Source: Octopus vulgaris
Taxonomy: Eukaryota
Length of the DNA stretch: 64,000 nt
NCBI GenBank assembly: GCA_951406725.2
Contig: OX597825.1
Location: forward strand, 23,374,001 to 23,438,000
Reading direction: 5' to 3'
Shown here: in pieces, positions 38,521 through 51,147 of the stretch
Layout of the letters: each line of letters begins with the position of its first letter
Position numbering within the stretch: position 1 is the stretch's first letter
The notes under the pieces: generated by a model
Told to the model about the DNA's origin: nothing
Seen by the model: only the letters and a program-made list of their open reading frames with translations
The model's database searches: none
Program-made: the position numbers and the translations under genes

Positions 38521-40734
38521 CGTGCATGGATATGATAATGGAAGGTGTATATTATTAGCTTTTATTTTAGCATTTCCATACACCTCGTATTCTTTTGAAA
38601 AAAAATCATGAATTTGAAATTCCCCAGTGAATAGGATGTCTCTTAGTGAACGACTTGCAGTTTCTTACTTGTTATTGATCATTCATTGTTCTGTTTTTGA
38701 TGGATGATGGACTCCTTCTTTTATTTATTCTCCTTAATGATTCCTCAGTTTTTCCTGCATCCATCTCATTGCCACAAGGTGACATGTTGGAACAGCTGTT
38801 TGGGGCCTCTGGTTGGCTCTGTGCTGGAAGGGGATGAGACTGTTGTGTTTCTTGTCCTATCTTGTTAGTCTCTGATGTTGATGAGGATGAAGTATATCTG
38901 TTCCACTCTAGCCATTCTTAGAGTTGTGCTTAGTAGTGCTGTTGAAGTAATAGTAGTAGTAGTAGTAGTAATAGGAGGAGGATGAGGAGAAGCAGCAGCC
39001 ATAGTCTCCTTGTCCCTTGCATTTAAAAGGCCTTCTGTCATCAGTGCATCTGCTGTTGTCTGTTGTTTCTTACTTCTTTTTTGCTTCTCTTTCTTCCTCT
39101 GAGGAGAAAGAAAGCTGTCAAGTGGTCTTTACTGTATCTGAGCTTACCTACTTCCGCGCACCTCTAGTCTGATCATCTCTCCACTCCCACAATAGGGTAT
39201 ATCTCCAGAATAGTCTTTTAGTCTTCGCGAGGGAAGGGAGCCATCAGTATACAAGTGTTGATGCAAATCATACTTGTGTCATTCTTATTTCTTTATTGCC
39301 CACAAGGGGCTAAGCATAGAGGGGACAAACAAGGACAGACAAAGGGATTAAGTCGATTACAACGACCCCAGTGCATAACTGGTACTCAATCTATCGACCC
39401 TGAAAGGATGAAAGGCAAAGTTGACCTCGACGGAATTTGAACTCAGAACATAATGGCAGATAAAATACTTATTTCTTTACTACTCACAAGGGGCTAAACA
39501 CAGAAGCGACAAACGGATTAAGTCAATTATATCGACCCCAGTGTGTGTAACTGGTACTTATTTAATCACCACCTGCCTATACTGTCACACAAAAATAAAG
39601 TAAGGCTCCATGTCTGCATCAATATATCTGGCTATGATACTTGTCTATCTCCTGCCTATGTACTGTGGCAACACCATCCTCTATATCACACAACCTCTGC
39701 CTGCCTTCTCTCGTCATTTTCAGTTTTAAATAACAAGTAGAAGTGTGTATATGCCTTATTCTGCTCAAGAGAGCACACATTAGTAAGAGATTTGTTCCAG
39801 TCCCCTTTTGAGAGCATACAGAAATCCTCTCCTTTTTTTACTTAGAGAAATACTTGACAATTAAAGATGCCACCTCAGTTGGTGTTATAAGCATCAACAA
39901 CAAATCCTGTGCGACCAGTGGTATAGTAATAATAATAATAATCATAATAATAATAATAATTTATTTCTTTACTACCCACAAGGGGCTAAACATAGAGGGG
40001 ACAAACAAGGACAGACAAACAGATTAAGTCGATTATATCAACCCCAGTGCGTAACTGGTACTTAATTCATCGACTCCGAGAGGATGAAAGGCAAAGTTGA
40101 CCTCGGCAGAACTTGAACTCAGAACGTAACGACAGACGAAATATGGCTAAGCATTTCGCCCGGCGTGCTAACGTTTCTGCCAGCTCGCTGCCTTTTCAAA
40201 TTATGCTCTTCTTTGGATAATGCACTTTACTTCTTGATATATCTTTCCTACACTCAGTTATGTCCATCAATTCCTTTTGATCTCCAATACTAGCAAATGT
40301 TGAGCTACTGCTGTTATTGTTGATGCTCTTGTTATTGTCATTTTAGTTGATGTCCTTGCTACCTTTTCTTTTTTTTTTTCCTGTACTTTAAATGTTCTGT
40401 CTGAAAACTGTCTAATTGTCATGTTTTGTTTTGTAAAGTCTGTATTTGCCAAAACTAAGTGGATACATTCAATATTGAGATTGTTTCTAATATTATGGTT
40501 AACATCTTCTGCTACCAGAGGGAGGTGATCAATGTGAAAGACGAATAAATAATTCAAATAACCACATTGTGAAAAGACATACATGGCTAAAAACAATGGG
40601 TAGATGAATGGGACACTTTCAAACATTCTGAAAGTCCCTCTACTCTTGGCAAACTACCCTTTTTTCTTTGGTCATCCTCCAACAAATAGTAGTAGTAGTA
40701 GTAGTAGAGGAAATGCTGTGCAACAAGATAATAC

Positions 40735-41330
40735 TAAAACTTAGAGAAGAGGACAATGACTACATCTGTAATCTAAGGAATCTAATCTCCTTAGAGCGTA
40801 GGCGAGAAAGATATGCCATAATATACAAAAGGCAAAGTTGACCTTGGCGGAATTTGAACTCAGAACATAATGGCAGATGAAATACCGCTAAGCATCCTGG
40901 AAGGACTTGTCCCAAACTTTGGCATCGAGAATTACACAAATACTAGAACTGGGCGCTGCTGCATAGTGCCAAGGACTCCAAATTTGCCATCAAGATGTAG
41001 GACAAGATACTGCAATAGCCTGGGCTTCAGAGGTCCACAGCTCTTCAATATCCTTCCGAAGGACCTGAGAGACCTGCATAGGGTGGATGTAGGTGTCTTC
41101 AAAATAAAGCTGGACCTCTTCCTATCAAGTGTCCCAGATGAACCAACTTTGCAGCAGGAGTTGCAGATGAGGGCAACTGCATCAAACTCTCTCATGCACC
41201 AAATGTGAATTGCTAAAAAGCATTCGTGAAGTAAAATTATGTAGCAACACTAAATGGCGGTGCCCCAGCATGGCCTCAGTTCGTGAGCTGAAACTAGATG
41301 AAATAAGAATAAAATAAAAATGAAATAAAA
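40735..41330 (+). mobile_element. CR1/Jockey-group LINE 3' end with an inserted SINE B fragment (~40827-40893)
   Basis: LISLERRRERYAIIY...ILEGLVPN...GPQLFNILPKDLR...FKIKLDLFLSSVPDEP. 3' UTR ggcggtgccccagcatggcc...gctgaaactagat plus an A-rich tail. Confidence 0.85.
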
Positions 41331-43050
41331 GTGGAACCTAAACCAAGAAGGAGTGAAAGTGAATGAAGTTTTCTGAAGTACATCCATGCAACCAACATTA
41401 CTGAGAACAATAATTTGCTCAGAATGGCAAATATCATAGTAGCAGAGAATGTGGACATGGCCACAATGAAATTGACCACAAATACCAGAGAAAAGCACAC
41501 TGAGCTGTGGTGGGAAAGATGAAAGCTGCAAACTGTTGAAACACTTGTGAAAGACGTTTCAGTGTTGGACAGAAAACATCAAAGACAAACTTAGGAATGA
41601 GCAGAAGTATGATAGATTGAAGAGAGAGGCTCTTGGTTGTATCAAGGAAGCAACTTTTGAGTGGATTTGAAGAACTTGAACAATGTGATTCTTTTATTCT
41701 TGTATTTGTTTCAGTCATTTGACTGCAGCCATGCTGGATACCACCTTTAGTCGAGCAAATCGATCCAAGGACTTATTCTTTGTAAGCCTAATACTTATTC
41801 TATCAGTTCTCTTTTTGCCGAACCGTTAAGGACACAAACATACCAGCATCGGTTGTAAAGCAATGTTGGGGGGACAAATACAGACACACAAACATATACA
41901 TACACACACACATATATATACGACGGGCTTCTTTCAATTTCCGTCTACCAAATCCACTCACAAGGCTTTGGTTGGCCCGAGGCTATAGTAGAAAATACTT
42001 GCCCAAGGTGCCACACAGTGGGGGCTGAACCCGGAACCATGTGGTTGGTAAGCAAGCTACTTATCACACAGCTACTCCTGCGCCTGGATTGCAAAGAAAG
42101 CAAAGGTATCCAGGTATTAATATCAAATTAAACAATTCCAGCAAATGAATCTCTTCAGGATAGACCAAAAGGAGTTCCACCAGGAAATTAATGGAGGGTT
42201 AGCGTTAGCGAAAGAAGTGTTTGTCCTAAATAAACAGGAATGTGAAATGTTTTGGAGAAACATTTGGAGTAACAGAAGAGAAGAGCACAATAAAAAAGCT
42301 GAATGATTAAAAGATCTAAAGAGAGCCACTGTATATCTGATGCAAAAATTTTAATTACATTTTAATTAAATTTTAATTTAATGATTTTAATTATTCTGAT
42401 AATTTTAATTATCAGAAATTTTAATTACAGAGAGGACTATTTGAAAAAGAAGTCGATATATGAATAACTAGAAGTTACCAGGCCCTGACAGAGTGCAGGG
42501 CTGTTGGATGAAAATGGTTTAACAGGTGCTACACAAAGATTGCAGAACAGCTTAACATTCTAATAGGGAAATGGATAGGAAATATTAAACTGGTTGGCTA
42601 AAGGCAGAACAATTCTGTGCATGAAGGACTTGATGAAAGGAAACACTGTTGAGAACTATAAACCAGTATCTTGTTTACCTCACCTGTGAAAGTTATTGTC
42701 AGGGATAATTGAAGACAAGATGTACTAACACTTGGATGAGAAGAGCATTCTTCAAGAAGAACTGAGAAAGTTTGAGATATATGAACTACTATCATGGGAG
42801 ATAAAACATTTGAGGACAATGGGAAAGTTTAAGGTGGTCCCATTTGTTGGTGTTGGGGTGATTGGGCACTGTGAGCACCAGAATTGTAAACTGTTTTCTA
42901 AGAAGTGGAGACAACATCAAGGTGGGTCACTTGCAGAAAGCAACACTCCTTGGAACTGCTACAATACTTAGAGAAATACTTGACAATTAAAGGTGCCACC
43001 TCAGTCGGTATTATAAGCATCAACAACAAATGCTGTGCGACCAGCGGTAT
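41330..43050 (+). mobile_element. Decayed Dong/R4-type LINE interrupted by a family A SINE (41690-42085, -)
   Basis: Remnants NHLFR.DQKEF, PGPDRVQG.W and LQKATLLGTATILR. Ends in (AAT)n. Confidence 0.65.
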
Positions 43051-43117
43051 AATAATAGTAATAATATTAATAATAATAATAATAATATTAATAATAATAA
43101 TAATAATAATAATGATG

Positions 43118-43152
<35 letters not shown>

Positions 43153-43154
43153 TT

Positions 43155-43350
43155 CTATGTAATCTCAAGTTTTAAAACAAACATAATTTTCTTATAGTTT
43201 CTTAAACATTCTCTAGAACAATACTATGTGCAAAACCAAATATATGACACCCTAGGCATAACACCAACATGAACTCCAACTTGTCTCTTGAGGTCTCTGG
43301 GTGAGACTTGGAGCCAACTTGTACAAATGCAAAGCAAAAGTCAAACATAT
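43155..43350 (+). mobile_element. 3' UTR-only Dong/R4 fragment between (AAT)n tracts
   Basis: Homologous to the 3' end of 52778-52940 (-): gtaatctcaa...aaagcaaaagtcaaacat. Confidence 0.8.
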
Positions 43351-43359
43351 AATGATAAT

Positions 43360-43409
<50 letters not shown>

Positions 43410-45089
43410 TAATGGTTTCAAATTTTGTCACAACGGCAGCCATTTTAGGGGAGGGGATTAGTCAATTACATCGACCCCAGTGTTCCACTGGTACTTAATT
43501 TATCAACCCCAAAAGGATGAAAGGCAAAGTTGGCCTCAGTGGAATTTGATCTCAGAATGCAGCAGCAGACGAAATACGAATAAAAGGCAAAGTTGAACTC
43601 AGCAGGTTTTGGACACCAAGCAAAAGAATTTGGAACAAGTACCACAAAGTATTTTGTCCAATGCTTTAACAGTTCTACCAATCCACCATCAGTAATAGTT
43701 TTTGTTATAGTCAGGGATGAGAATTTGCTAAGTAGGGGTTTGAAGGGAGGAGGAATTAGATGAATAATTTAACCCCAGTACTTGACTGGTACTTTATTCT
43801 ATCAGTCCTACGAGAATGATGAAAGGCAGAGTTGGCTTCAATTGGATTTGAACTCAGAATTTAAAGTGCTGAAACACTATTGATATGATAGATGTAAACT
43901 TTTGGTATTGATGATATACATAGAAATCTATCAATATGATAAAAAAATCTTACATGCCCACCCATCCACTGTATAACTCTCAGTTATACAGTGAAGATGT
44001 TCAGTAAATAATAGAATCTAGAAATAGCGATAATAATAATAATCTTGGGTCCTTTCTTAGACATGGGGTTATATGTTGTACTTTAGCTAATGTCGAGAAG
44101 AAAATTGATGTCATTCTCTTTCTGGTAAATATTTTATTATTGTAAGTATTTTTTTCTTTAACTGAGTGAATTAATAAGTGTGAACAAATTCCCTTAAGGG
44201 CAAAAACTTATTTTGGTAAGAAACAGGACAGAAATAGCTTCCCAATAGTTTGAATGATGTGGTCTCTCCACCTTGCAAACATTTACTGTACGAGAGTGTT
44301 AGACTATTAATACATTCATTGTTGGAAAATTATAGAAAATATATCATATTCTGATGGATATACATTCTCCAACATTGTGATGGAGACAATGTATCGAATT
44401 TATTCATGTAATACTATTAGTGCATTTTCTTTTCTCTTGTTTGAAAATGCATTATTTTTAGACTTGTTTGGAATGATCACTTGGCAAATCAGCTCCTCTG
44501 TTGAATCTGCTTCCTTCATGTTTTTCTGCTTTTGTCCACAGTTGACATTTATATTCAAAGTGTGAATAAATTGCCAAAGAAATATTTTATCATTACATAT
44601 CCTTCCTAACATCAGTCACTGTGTCGCTGTATAAGTTCATTGTCAGTCGAAAATTCTGCATTAGTTTCCTTGCATTGTGTTGTAATAAATTGGTTTGCTT
44701 AAGAGTACAACAGAAATGTTTTAGCAGAAAAAAAGATTATATAATTTTATCCAGATGTCTACCTCATCTTCAGAGATAAACATTTTTTTTTTTTAGATAT
44801 TTATTTTTATACTGGTTCTAATTCACTTTTTATTGTTATTTATTTATCAACTAAGGCAGCTACCATACAGAATCATTAGCCAACGAGATAAAAATGCTTA
44901 GTGGCATTTTTTCCAGCTCTTTATGTTTCGAGTTCGTATTACCCTGAAGTCAACTTTGCCTTTCTCCCTTTCAGGGTTAATTAAAATAAGTACCAGTTGT
45001 GCACTGGGGAGATGATGTCATTGATTTACGTCCTCTTCTAAAGTCGATGGCCTTGTGCTAAAATTCAAAGCCATTTTTATTTGTCAACA

Positions 45090-45295
45090 CTTTTACTCTT
45101 TTACTTGTTTCAGTCATTTGACTGTGGCCATGCTGGAGCACCGACTTTAGTCGAGCAAATTGACCCCAGGACTTATTCTTTGTAAGCCTAGTACTTATTC
45201 TATCGGTTTCTTTTGCTGAACTGCTAAGTTACGGGGACATAAACACACCAGCATTGGTTGTCAAGCGATGTTGGGGGGACAAACACAGGCACAGA

Positions 45296-45341
<46 letters not shown>

Positions 45342-45342
45342 G

Positions 45343-45375
<33 letters not shown>

Positions 45376-45538
45376 CGATGGGCTTCTTTCAGTTTCTGTC
45401 TACCAAATCCACTCACAAGGCTTTGGTCGACCCGAGGCTATAGTAGAAGACACTTGCCGAAGGTGCCATGCAGTGGCACTGAACCCGGAACCATGTGGCT
45501 GGTAAGCAAGCCACTTACCACACAGCCACTCCTGCACC
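45090..45538 (-). mobile_element. Family A SINE with an expanded internal (CA)n
   Basis: Family A head and tail. Confidence 0.9.
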
Positions 45539-47191
45539 TAATTAAATAATTGATTGCTTGATTAATCATTCAGTCAGCCAACTGTTTTGTCAGTGTCCTA
45601 TCATTTCCATTCATGACCTCATGAATAACCTGTCCTTCTTGGAGATGACAATGGAACAGAAGTGGAGCAATAAGGGACTGTCATTGATGAAGTTGGAAAT
45701 AGTGATTGAAAGGCTCTAACAAACAAGCTGTTCGATTGACCAAACTATTACTCAATAAGTTAATTAGTATATTCATTAAATTTGTTAACGAGTTTAATAA
45801 TAAGAGATAGAAATGAAACAGTACCAATGTGTATGTTTCTTATTGAATGAAATAGTACCAGTGTGTGTGTTTTTTATTGACCCTCCTAAGATGCCACAGA
45901 ATTTGTTACAACAAACAATTTCACAGCAAATGTCTTGTAAAATAAACCCAGAAAAATAATATTTCTCTACTTCAGCTTATTCCTAGATGTCCACGGAGAA
46001 CCAAATTGGTTTTGAAATGGGACCCTTCATTAAGGGTAACTAGGCTACTAACACATGTGAAGTCAGAAAATATAGAAGTGAAGATATTTACCCATCCAGC
46101 AGAGCATATTGAAAGAAATGAAGCCAGTATGCTCTGCTGCATGGGTAATGTCAGTGTGCATAGACATCTGACTTCAAGTGATTTGAGAGAATAACTGGGT
46201 ATACGTCGCATCAGATGCAGTGTGCAAAAGGGATGACTGTACTGGTATGGACATGTAATGTGCATGGATGAAGACAGCTGCATCAAGAACTGCTGATTTC
46301 CAATTGTGGAGGGAACATGTGAAAAGGGTAGACCCAAGAAGACAGGGGATGAAATTGTGAAAAAGGATCTTTAGATGTTGGGCCTTACAGAGGGGATGAC
46401 AAGGGATCATGACTCCTGGTGGTCTCCTGTGCTTGAGAAGACATATCAAACTAAGTAAAATCGTGGTTGTCCTTGCATATAGGCATGTCCCCTGCACCCC
46501 TCTTCCACTGAGTGATCCTAATCTTATTTCTTTACTGCTCACAAGGGGCTAAACACAGAGAAGACAAACAAGGACAGACAAACAGATTAAGTCGATTATA
46601 TCAACTCCAGTGCATAACTGGTACTTATTTAATCAACCCTGAAAGGATGAAAGGGGATGTCGACCTCGGCGGAATTTGAACTTAGAAGGTAGCGGCAGAC
46701 AAAATACCTATTTCTTTACTACCTACAAGGGGCTAAACGCAGAGAGAACAAACAAGGACAAAGAGATTAAGCCGATTATATCAACCCCAGTGCGTAACTG
46801 GTACTTATTTAATCGACCCCGAAAGGACGAAAGGCAAAGTCGACCTCGGTGGAAATTGAACTCTGAATGTAGCGGTAGACGAAATACTGCTAAGCATTTT
46901 GCCCGGTGTGCTAATGTTGCTGCCAGCTCACCGCCTTTGTGATCCTAATCTTGTAGGCTCGTGGATGCTGTGCCACATAGAGAGCACCAATACTTGTGCT
47001 GTGTAAAAGCACCCAGTACACTCTGTTATGTCATTGGTGTTAGGAAGGGCATCCAGCCATAGAAACCTTGACGAAACAGACGTAGAACACAGGCAGCTCT
47101 CCAGCTGACCAGCTCCTGTCAAACCGTCTAACGAATACCAGCATGGAAAACAGATATTACATGATGATGATGATGATGAGGATGATGATCT

Positions 47192-47557
47192 CCAATCGAG
47201 GATATTAGTACTTTCTAGTTTGTCGAGAAATGAAAGAAGGATCAGGACGAAAAGTATATGCGTTTGGTAGTTCCATGATCAAAGAGATAATAATGTTATA
47301 GGTGAGGTCCATTAGTGGTTTCATATCAGAATACTTGATGATAATCCATGACAAGGAATATTAGAAGTTACCAGTTCCGTTATCATTTGCCTTGGATTAT
47401 CATTGAATTTTCCCCTACGGAACTGCTAATGGACTTTATCTTTTTACCTATAACTTTATTAATTCTTTGATCATGGAACCACCAAACACTAATACTTTCC
47501 ATCCTGATACTTCCTTCATTTCTTGGCAAACTGGAAAGTACCGATATTCTTGATTGA
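47192..47557. repeat. Diverged ~365-bp palindrome, probably an old Penelope-like terminus
   Basis: gtactttctagtttgtcgagaaatgaa...gttccatgatcaaaga pairs with tctttgatcatggaac...ttcatttcttggcaaactggaaagtac. Adjacent gTGATGA...GAAAC-tggt-GTA remnant at ~47603-47686. Confidence 0.8.
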
Positions 47558-47719
47558 CGATATTCTTCATTTCTATATTTTCTGGCTTCTCTCTCTCCCT
47601 CCAGTGATGAAATACCTAGCTTATGTAATCCTTACTCAATATCATGATCCACATGCTTGGATACTCTAGAAACTGGTGTAAGAATCTCTATCCTTTTATC
47701 ATAACTACCCTGCACAACT

Positions 47720-48137
47720 CTCTTTTACTCTCTTTTACTCTTTTCCTTGTTTCAGTCATTTGACTGTGGCCATGCTGGAGCACCGCCTTTAGTCGAGCAA
47801 ATCGACCCTGGGACTTATTCTTTGTAAGCCCAGTACTTATTCTATTGGTCTCTTTTGCCGAACCGCTAAGTGACAGGGATGTAAACACACCAGCATCGGT
47901 TGTCAAGCAATGCTAGAGGGACAAACACAGACACACAAACATATACATACATATATATATATATATACATATATATGACAGGCTTCTTTCAGTTTCCGTC
48001 TACCAAATCCAATCACAAGGCTTTGGTCAGCCAGAGGCTATAGCAGAAGACACTTGCCCAAGATGCCACGTAGTGGGACTGAACCTGGAACCATGTGGTT
48101 GGTTAGCAAGCTACTTACCACACGGCCACTCCTGCGC
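47720..48137 (-). mobile_element. Family A SINE, full length
   Basis: Family A head and tail. Confidence 0.9.
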
Positions 48138-48345
48138 CGTTTACATCCTTTATATAAAATGTTTTTCGAGTGATGGCAAATGTTTTGCTTTTTCATTCTC
48201 TATTTTAATCGATATCCACCTTTGATGGGCAGTTTTAGGACACTTTTCAGTTGCAGTTCAAGCTGGAGTACCAGTGATATACCAAACTGAGCAGTCTTAG
48301 TACATACCTATTTACATTAAGTCAGATGTGGTAAGTAGCTTGCTG

Positions 48346-48638
48346 GGTGGAGACACATGGCCTAGTGGTTAGAGCAGCGGACTCGCGGTCGAGGGATCGC
48401 GGGTTCGAATCTCAGACCGGACGATGTGTGCGTTTATTAGCAGAACATCGGCAGAAGGTAATGGCGAAACTTCTGCTGACTTTTTCGCCACAACTTTCTC
48501 TCACTCTTTCCTGCTGCATTTTGAAGCTCACCTGCGATGGACCGGCTTCCCGTCCAGGTGGGGAACCTATACACCAAGAAACCGGGAAACCAGCCCTTAT
48601 GAGCCAGGCATGGTTCGAGAAGGAAGAAACAGCAACAA
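48346..48638 (+). mobile_element. Family C SINE nested in the head of a family A SINE (48325-49045)
   Basis: agtagcttgct is duplicated on both sides (TSD). The family A sequence resumes at 48639. Confidence 0.85.
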
Positions 48639-50151
48639 AGTAGCTTGCTTATGAACCACATAGTTCTGAGTTCAGTCCCACTGCATGGCACCTTGGGCAA
48701 GTGTCTTCTACTATAGCCTCGGGATGACCAAAGCCTTGTGAGTGGATCTGGCAGACGGAAACTGAAAGAAGCCCATCATATATATGTATATATATGTGTG
48801 TATGTGTGTGTGTATATGTTTGTGTGTTTGTGTTTGTCCCCGCCTGCCACATCGCTTGACAACCGATGCTGGTGTGTTTACGTCCCCGTAACTTAGCGGT
48901 TCGGCAAAAGAGGCCGATAGAATAAGTACTAGGCTTACAAAGAATAAGTGCCTGGGAGTCGATTTGCTTGACTAAAGGCGGTGCTCCAGCATGGCCGCAG
49001 TCAAATGACTGAAACAAGTAAAAGAGAGTAAAAGAGTAAAAGAGAACTCTTGTTAGCAAAGAAAGTAGTTTCAAAAATTCAGCAAGAATTACAAGACTAT
49101 AGTTATTCCATTGAAAAGAATTATGAATTATATTTCTCATGGTGCCTGTATTTTATTTTTTGCCTTTTCATACAGTTCTATTTTGCTTTTTTTCATTGGA
49201 ACCATTTTGTAAAAATAAATTTTAGATCAGTTTGTTGAAGCCGTTTAGAAAAGATGAGATAATAAAAAAAACACTGATTAGTCTTAGGGAGAGATTTGTA
49301 TGAAAGCAGATTTTTTTGTTCTCCTCATAACCAATCAAGCATCATAATTTTGTGATCATATTCTGTTATTGTTTCTAAGTATCCTGAAATAGTTCTTATA
49401 TAGCTTTTGCATGCTATACTTTTATTGGAATGTTATATGAATGGTTATTGTAATAGCTCTCTTTTTAAATGAAAATTGCATCTTCCTACGCGAATTTATG
49501 CTATATCAGAATATCTGATTCAAAAGACTAAATAGAATTTTCACTAATTCTTAAATATCTATTTAAAAAATTGTCTGTAATGTAAAATGCTTCATAAATA
49601 TTTGTAAAAGACACATAATGTTTCTGATTAGTTTGGAAGTTTTAAAAATATTTTAATTTTCTGAAGAACAATATTAAAAAAAAAAAAGGGAATGATAAAA
49701 AAATTTTTAATCAAAATATTATTGTTGAGTGTGTTTAAGCCTGTTTTATATTTTGGAGTGCAGGATATGAGGTCTATTGAATAGCAGACATAACTGATAA
49801 ACCAATACAAATGGGAGACAGTTTAATAGTGGAAGAGAGAGAGAACTTTTAAAAATTCACATTGCAACATATTCTTTATCAAAGATATGAAAGACAGGGA
49901 AAGCAAAACAAAACAACAACAACAACAAAAAATATAAAAAGAGCAATAAATTTCATTATCTGTGTCTCATTAACTTTTCAGCAACTAATTTGTTGTAATG
50001 TCTTTAAAAACTTCCGAATTAGACTAAAAGCATTTTCTTTCCAGCAGTGTGTGGTGTTTACGTTTCTTTTGAACAAATTTGAGCAGCACAAAAGTATCAT
50101 TCTCTGAGGAAAAGGAAAACATTGATATTAAACTAAAACAATTTTATTTAA

Positions 50152-51147
50152 AGCAGTTGTATACTGTCAATTTAATGTGACAGTCCCATAAAGGGAATCA
50201 CACCACCACTATTTAGCCCTAGGAAGCATCAACACTTACTGTCGGCCTTGACACATTCCCTGTGTCCTTATGTTTACAAAGGGGGAGACAGGCACCCCCA
50301 TCCAGCTAAGCCTGCATCCAGAGACATCAGTCTGGAGTAGCATGGCCTGCTCGCTGAAGATACCTGTCTAGACTTTGTAAACATATGTATATATAATTTC
50401 AGTGAAGTAAATTCACTGATCACAAAAAATAGAAATATCAAATTTCTAAATATCTCAGAGAGATATAAGCAATGGTGGAACAATAGAGCAGTTGTATACT
50501 GCCAACTTAACGTGACAGTCCCATAAAGGGAATCACACCACCACTATTTAGCCCTAGGAAGCATCAACACTTACTGTTGGCCTTGACACATTCCCTGTGT
50601 CCTTATGTTTACAAAGGGGAGACAGGCACCCCCATCCAGCTCCAGAGACATCAGTCTGGAGTAGCATGGCCTGCTCGCTGAAGATACCTGTCTAGACTTT
50701 GTAAACATATGTATATATAATTTCAGTGAAGTAAATTCACTGATCACAAAAAATAGAAATATCAAATTTCTAAATATCTCAGAGAGATATAAGCAATGGT
50801 GGAACAATAGAGCAGTTGTATACTGCCAACTTAACGTGACAGTCCCATAAAGGGAATCACACCACCACTATTTAGCCCTAGGAAGCATCAACGCTTCCTG
50901 TCGGCCTTGACACATTCCCTGTGTCCTTATGTTTACAAAGGGGAGACGAGCACCCCCCCATCCAGCTAAGCCTGCATCCAGATATTTAGAAATTTAATAT
51001 TTCTATTTTTTGTGATCAGTGAATTTCCTTCATTGAAATTATATATGTTTACAAAGTCTAGACAGGTATCTGTAACCAGCTAGCAAGCCATGCTACTCCA
51101 GACTGATGACGAGCAAGACTCAGAAACTAGTCTCTGGATGCAGGCTT
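50152..51147. mobile_element. Penelope-like terminal structure: 2.5 tandem ~330-bp units plus an inverted partial copy
   Basis: Units start at 50152, 50487 and 50811. 50981-51147 is the reverse complement of part of the unit. Confidence 0.85.
51097..51138 (+). ncRNA. Minimal type I hammerhead ribozyme
   Basis: tccaga-CTGATGA-cgag.caaga.ctca-GAAAC-ta-GTC-tctgga. 6-bp helix I, palindromic helix III actagt. Confidence 0.8.

Noticed and set aside
47192-47557. Selection for G:U-compatible changes in the hairpin (structured RNA gene)
   Set aside because: A manual count over the outer ~90 bp gave equal numbers of G:U and A:C outcomes (6 vs 6), consistent with neutral transitions.
48346-48425. Functional tRNA gene
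   Set aside because: It is the tRNA-derived head of a SINE that continues into a repeat body, with a TSD.
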